This document shows positions 59,201 to 64,000 of a stretch of 64,000 nucleotides of DNA, one piece after another. The notes below the pieces were generated by a model. The model ran no database searches. It had not been told where the DNA came from and was given only the letters and a program-made list of their open reading frames with translations. This DNA comes from Amoebophrya sp. A120. Taxonomy: Eukaryota > Protista > Dinoflagellata. Made by a program: the position numbers and the translations under genes. How positions within the stretch are numbered: the first letter of the stretch is position 1; each line of letters opens with the position of its first letter. The stretch is from the NCBI GenBank assembly GCA_905178155.1, contig CAJINV010000021.1, forward strand, positions 483,530-547,529. Reading direction: 5' to 3'.

Positions 59201-61402
59201 AGTCGGAATCGCTATCGAAGCCAGCGGTATCACCGTCATTTACTTCCTCGCACGAATTAAATGAGTCAGAGTCATCTTCTGAGTCATCAGTCTCCGTAGT
59301 CACGTATGCTCCTCCGGCGGCCCGGTCGTGGCGATGCCTTTGTCGACGTGGTGAACGAAAAACATGACGCCGCTGTCTGCCGCTCGTCCCTCCTCGTCCC
59401 AGTAGAAAATTGGTCACAACATCGGTTTCATTCGAGCGTGCCGGAACAAAGGTCTGGGTGAACTCCATTGTCTTCAGCGTGACAGTGTTGGCAGCGGTGA
59501 CTGTGACAAGACAACCGGATTGCTTGGTGTTGTTGCTTGATGCGGATGTAGCGCACGGAGCCGGTTTTGCTGCGGCGTCAAGAAAAACGACGGACTGCGA
59601 GTTGCTTTTGCCAAATTGAAGACCAGTAACACGCGGCCACCGCGCAACTCCGCATCCCCGGTGTGGCACCTTTGTGGGAGCCCTTCTAGTTTGCGTCCAT
59701 GCTGTACCGTTCGGCTGTACCTGTAGCTCGAACAAGAGCAACTCATCCTTAACTATGCAGAAAAGCTGGCTGGCGTCGTCGGAGTTCGGGTTAAACCCAA
59801 ACCAACACGAGCTCCCACACAGTGGTGGGGCTGATCGGTAGTTAGTGCCAAAAGTTGAAATGTTGTGCGGCCCTTCAAGAACCACTGATGTTGTGTTTGG
59901 AGAGTTCTGCGGCCCCTGCCCGTCAGACGGCAAGATTGGCAGCGCGTCGAGCTCGATCGTGCGAATGCCAAATCCCGATGGTGCCACTGCAACACGTCTC
60001 CCGTTCGCAGACGGATCCAAATGTACCGCCCCACCAATGAGGCCAACACCCATTATGTCATTAACTGTTCCTATTAGCTTCGGCGACGTACCTGAAAAAT
60101 CTTCCTGTGGCATGCAAGAATAGATTGTATAGGGTTCATTCTTCTTTCAGATCAACTTTAAGTTCAACATCACTTCTCGGCAAAAAAAGATCAGCTAGTA
60201 CCTTTAAAATATCCGGTAAAAAAATTTTCGTGGTCCGAGGAGTCTTTTTTATTTCCGAAAGCAATTCGTACGAGCTGTCGTCCTGACGGAAATTCATAAA
60301 AAACCGGAAGTTCGAGTCTGTGTAGCATGGCGAGTCGGCGACGGGCAAGCCGGGCCTCTTGTTCAGAGAACGGCATGCGACCACCCTTCGGTCTCGTGGC
60401 ACCCTCGTCTTCTGTCGTGTCTATCAAACTCTGCAGCTCCAGGGGACAGACTGCTTTGCAGGCGATCGCGATGCGCGCCTCCGTCCACTCCCGTCCAATA
60501 GTACTGAACCAGTCAACCTTAACCGTGTTGCGTGCGCGGTCGCTGTCGGAAGCAACCACTGGTGAGTACGCAGGAAGTTCACTTTGGCCGTTCAACGTCC
60601 GTCGTATCCACAGTAAATTTCCCGTACATGACGGGACATACAAACGCGGTTTCCGCGTTATATACTTTCTTTCAGTGCTTGTGCTATTCAACAGCATGAC
60701 AAGTGGCTTGATCGAAGTTGTTGAAATTTGTGATGCATTTTGTTGTACGTGGTGTGGAGGATGTACAGAAAATTATTTGTATTGCATACGCCGCGTCCAT
60801 CCTTCGTCGATGCGGTCCTGGAGTTCCCGTCGAATCCGCCAGCCGAACATGCCCGCCATGTTCTGCGGCGAATCCTCGCCATAGAGAGCAAGGGCCCGTA
60901 AAAGGTGATGGAGCTGCAGCTCGAGGTGTGGTCCTCCGTCCTCAGGACCAGCATCCAGTGGATAGCCGCAGCTTTTCGCAAGCTTTGCCCATTTGGGAAT
61001 GGCGCCGAGGGCACTGAGGTGTTTCACGTGCGGACAGCCACGTGGCAAGCCTCGGGGATCCACCTCGCCGCCGCTCCACTCTAGCATCGGCAGCGACTGC
61101 ACAAACGCACCGTAGTCAGCGGGCTGGATCAGGAAGTTTGCGCCAACTTGACCGCCCTGGAAGCCACCTGGTCCACGCGTTCCGTCACCGCGGGCGCCGC
61201 GCAGGAGGGATTGGTGTTCCAAACACTGCTCGCGATGGCCACGAAGCGCGTGTTCCGAGCGGCACTCGTTCTTGCAGTACACCGCCAAACCACAGCCGTC
61301 GCAGACCACTGGGGCCGCTACCGCGTTCTTCGAACAGAAGAAACACTCCACATACGGTAGCGGCGCAGAATACAACAGTGACAAATCCGGATCGACCGCC
61401 AT
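53296..61402 (-). CDS. Giant multidomain protein (~2470 aa): MYND zinc finger, TPR/ST7-like region, coiled coil, C2H2/TRAF-type zinc fingers, RING, C-terminal ParB-like domain
   Basis: Four ORFs and a short exon join in frame via introners 60659, 55082 and 54809 and canonical intron 60092-60201. Motifs: CFFC..CDGC..YCKNECRSEH..HREQC; ALAEEALNVYPDCVGAY, PWGHPDNRPFLR, LLCLNPSDNQGIR; HQQTTCAY..CGKC; CVIC..C.C..HCVSC..CPVC; DVHFTHDTI..GNRRL. Confidence 0.75.
54809..54992. mobile_element. Introner, family B
   Basis: TAT..ATA; TSD CGGGC/CGGAC; 189 nt removed gives AAKSV|VETLSLRDE. Confidence 0.85.
55082..55324. mobile_element. Introner, family D
   Basis: ATGGCGTTCTCAAACGTTACA / TGTAACGTTTGAGAATGCCAT; TSD GAATG; 248 nt removed, same length as 42609-42851. 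Confidence 0.9.
60659..60788. mobile_element. Degenerate introner
   Basis: TAT..ATA ends, internal GCATGACAA and TTGTGATGC, weak TIR. Removing 135 or 138 nt (flanking repeat CCGCGT) keeps the frame. Confidence 0.65.
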
Positions 61403-62123
61403 GATTCTTTTCCTGTGATGAGGAGGTCGTACCGCAATCTACTGAAAATAAAATAAGACAGGTTGATGGTACAAAAAAGAAATCTGTCACTCTTTCAATA
61501 ATATTCAATGAAACCAAACGCGAAGACATTTTCATACATGAAACTTCACCAGAGCAAAGCTGTAGTAGAGCAACAGCAACACCAACATGCGGCGTGAAAA
61601 ATGTTGAAATGTGACGGGATGGCACCAGTCAACTGGTGATCCTGCTCCTGCTGGGTAGATTCGTGTCGCACCTTCGAACACCACGAAGTCTCTGTCTCAG
61701 CAGCACTCTTTGGGAGTTGTAAATTGAACAAGAACCAGAATACCTTTTACATAGTATTATGATCTGCAATCTTCCGGCGAACAATTCAATTTCTCGTGCA
61801 AATCTTAATCTTTGATGGACATGCAGGTGCATCTCGACCTCAATCCGCACCTTCATGTATCTTCCTGCACATAGAAAGAAGGCAACCAGCTCTCTCCTTC
61901 GAGGGGAGCTATCTGCATCTGCAAGGCACAACATCGCACCAGACGAACACGAATAGGCGGCCCGCCACCTGTAGACACTTGTTTGCAATGGCGTTGCCAC
62001 GTTCTACACGTAGTATTCCAAGAAGTCATCAAACGGCAGCAGAGCAACCACCTTGTAACCGAGCATTTGCATTGATGTTGAAGCGTCAAAATTCATCATC
62101 TCTAATCATCTTGCTCTTCTTGG

Positions 62124-63311
62124 TTAGTACTGCTCGTTCGCATCACCAGAATCACTTCTCTCGCCTGCGTTGTCGTTCTCCTCCTCGGTGTCGTTCTCTT
62201 CCTCGCTATCGCTTCCGTTATCACTTTGATTTTCTCCTTCTGGAACATTCAAAAGCCGCGCCAGTGCCATGGCAGATTCAAAACGCACCACCTCGTCGCT
62301 GTCCCTGCGAACGCTAACAACGACCCTGGCCTTTCGTACCTCGAAAGCGGCCGCGGAATTCTTCGCGTGGCTGTCACACACTTGCAGAAACTCCTCAGCG
62401 TTATGCTGACTGGCATTCGTGTGTGCAAATACTCCGGTAACGGCGCCCATGACCCAGACGTCGGCCCGGGCGCTTGAAAGGTTTGAAAATTGTACGCATT
62501 TTAAGTGGATGGCCGCGGCGGCAACGCCTGCTGTGGCCAGTGCTTCCCTTTGGCTTCGATCATCCTTGTACAGGTGGCTGTCTTCACGGTAGAGGACCCG
62601 ATCGGACCGCGTCAGTACGAACTCACTGTACCTGTGCTCGGGGGGGTCTAATCCAGACACCCGCTCGACGTCATCGAGATGGGCGTGGAGCGAACGGCCA
62701 CCAATGCTCTCACCACGATCGTTCAAAACCGCAAACGAAAACTCGAGGGCGTGCGACCGGCCGAATACATCCGGCTCTTTCGTGCCAGGAAACGCTGTTC
62801 CGATCGGAAGCGTTAGTTTTTCTATCGTTCTTCTCGCCTGCGGCACCGTGTACGCAAAAAAATAATTCACCTCATGCGCCAACTCTTGTCTTTTGACTTC
62901 GCAGGGTACTAAATAATGATGGCGCATTGTCTTTGCCTTCGCGTCCCAATAACGAATGGCGAAAGGGAGAGCTCGCTTCGCGGCCTCGGTGAGGCGCGAG
63001 ACGGCCCCGCTTGCATCCAGCTTCTCGCTCCGCGTCGGCTCCGTGTCTCGCAAAAAGCTGAAAATTTTGAGCTGAAGTTCCACAGGCACGTGGAGGACCA
63101 CGGGTGAGCTATTGCTGCTCCCCCGGTCTTTTTGTTTTTTCTCGAAAGACACACACGCTGCCTGAACCGCGCGAGCGTTGAGAGTGCGATAGTTTCTGGG
63201 TTCGATATTTGCAACGGCCGCATCTTCGAGTCTCCTGTACTCTGCCCTGTGGTACTCTTGCGCCGCTTCATCGGCCACTGATGGAGCGGGACGACCAGGG
63301 TGCATGGACAT
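62124..63311 (-). CDS. Hypothetical protein with F-box-like motif; paralog of 44833-46164
   Basis: Intronless ORF; YHRAEY..NIEPRNYRTLNARAVQAACVSFEKKQ..LHVPVELQLKIFSFL aligns by eye with the 45 kb ORF. Start codon uncertain. Confidence 0.75.
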   Translation of the reverse strand: MSMHPGRPAPSVADEAAQEYHRAEYRRLEDAAVANIEPRNYRTLNARAVQAACVSFEKKQKDRGSSNSSPVVLHVPVELQLKIFSFLRDTEPTRSEKLDASGAVSRLTEAAKRALPFAIRYWDAKAKTMRHHYLVPCEVKRQELAHEVNYFFAYTVPQARRTIEKLTLPIGTAFPGTKEPDVFGRSHALEFSFAVLNDRGESIGGRSLHAHLDDVERVSGLDPPEHRYSEFVLTRSDRVLYREDSHLYKDDRSQREALATAGVAAAAIHLKCVQFSNLSSARADVWVMGAVTGVFAHTNASQHNAEEFLQVCDSHAKNSAAAFEVRKARVVVSVRRDSDEVVRFESAMALARLLNVPEGENQSDNGSDSEEENDTEEENDNAGERSDSGDANEQY

Positions 63312-64000
63312 CGTGTTGAGTTTGATTCCGCTTTTTGGTGCCAGCTCGTCCTCACAACTGGTGTGAAAGCCTTGTACGATAAAATAAGTTTGATCTTCAT
63401 GTGTATGAGTATGTAGCAGCGTATACTTAGCAACTGTGATAATTGTGAGGAAGAGAATCTTCATCTTCATATCATCTCCTTTAGAAATTAATAGATGGTG
63501 TATGTCGTGTAGGTTTAAGTGTGGTTCTCAAGAGATCTTCATTGTAAACAGCATCAGGAGACGAACAGGAACATCAGCAACGCGGGCGGCTTGGAGGCTG
63601 CAACATCAGGAAAGTACAATTCTAAGACTGGTGCGCCAGTAGTGATCGCGTTCTCCTACATGGCTTTAGTCACTTGTCTGCAAAGACACGGCAATTAAGG
63701 AGCGCCGCGCAGTTGATAGGTATTGGTATTCATGGATATTAGCTAGGGCCAGGACTGAAATCTAATCAAACAGTAGTCGCGCTACTTGTATGCTTGTCTC
63801 CACGGGTAATATTTCGTCGCTCCTGCGTCTTTCCTCTACTTTCAGTACCATTTATATTGGTCTTCCGATTCAAAAAGCCAAAGTGAGCTTCTTCCACTGA
63901 GTCACAGAAAAAAGCGCAGACGCTAACGTCTGCGGTTTTTCTCGTCCTCGAATAAGAACCCTATTGGTTCTACAACTGCTCCTTCGAACCCTCCGGAAAG

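Noticed and set aside
1-64000. rRNA, tRNA, dinoflagellate spliced-leader relics, telomeric arrays, intact transposase
   Set aside because: None recognised by eye; a covariance-model or HMM scan would be needed to exclude them.

Overview
Eukaryotic genomic DNA, most likely a syndinian dinoflagellate of the Amoebophrya type (inference from gene style and intron type). The dominant signal is about 30 non-canonical 'introner' introns that look like MITEs. Each has terminal inverted repeats, nearly all run TAT...ATA, and each is flanked by a 5-bp target-site duplication (17 perfect, 13 with 1-2 mismatches). They fall into about 9 TIR families, almost all carrying an internal GCAT(G/C/T)ACAA box. 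Removing element plus one TSD copy restores the reading frame at every site I traced by hand. This rebuilds genes that the ORF track shows only as fragments: an aldo-keto reductase with 14 introns (35340-44110, -), a ~2470-aa MYND/TPR/TRAF-ZnF/RING/ParB-like protein (53296-61402, -), a TSP1+vWA adhesin-like protein, an Alba protein, a CCCH zinc-finger protein and an unknown secreted-like protein. Also present: a coiled-coil gene with canonical introns, a Methyltransf_22/FkbM-like gene, two F-box-like paralogs, satellites at the window start, and a GC-rich repeat-bearing insert inside a 3.6-kb intron. All gene models are manual and have no transcript support.
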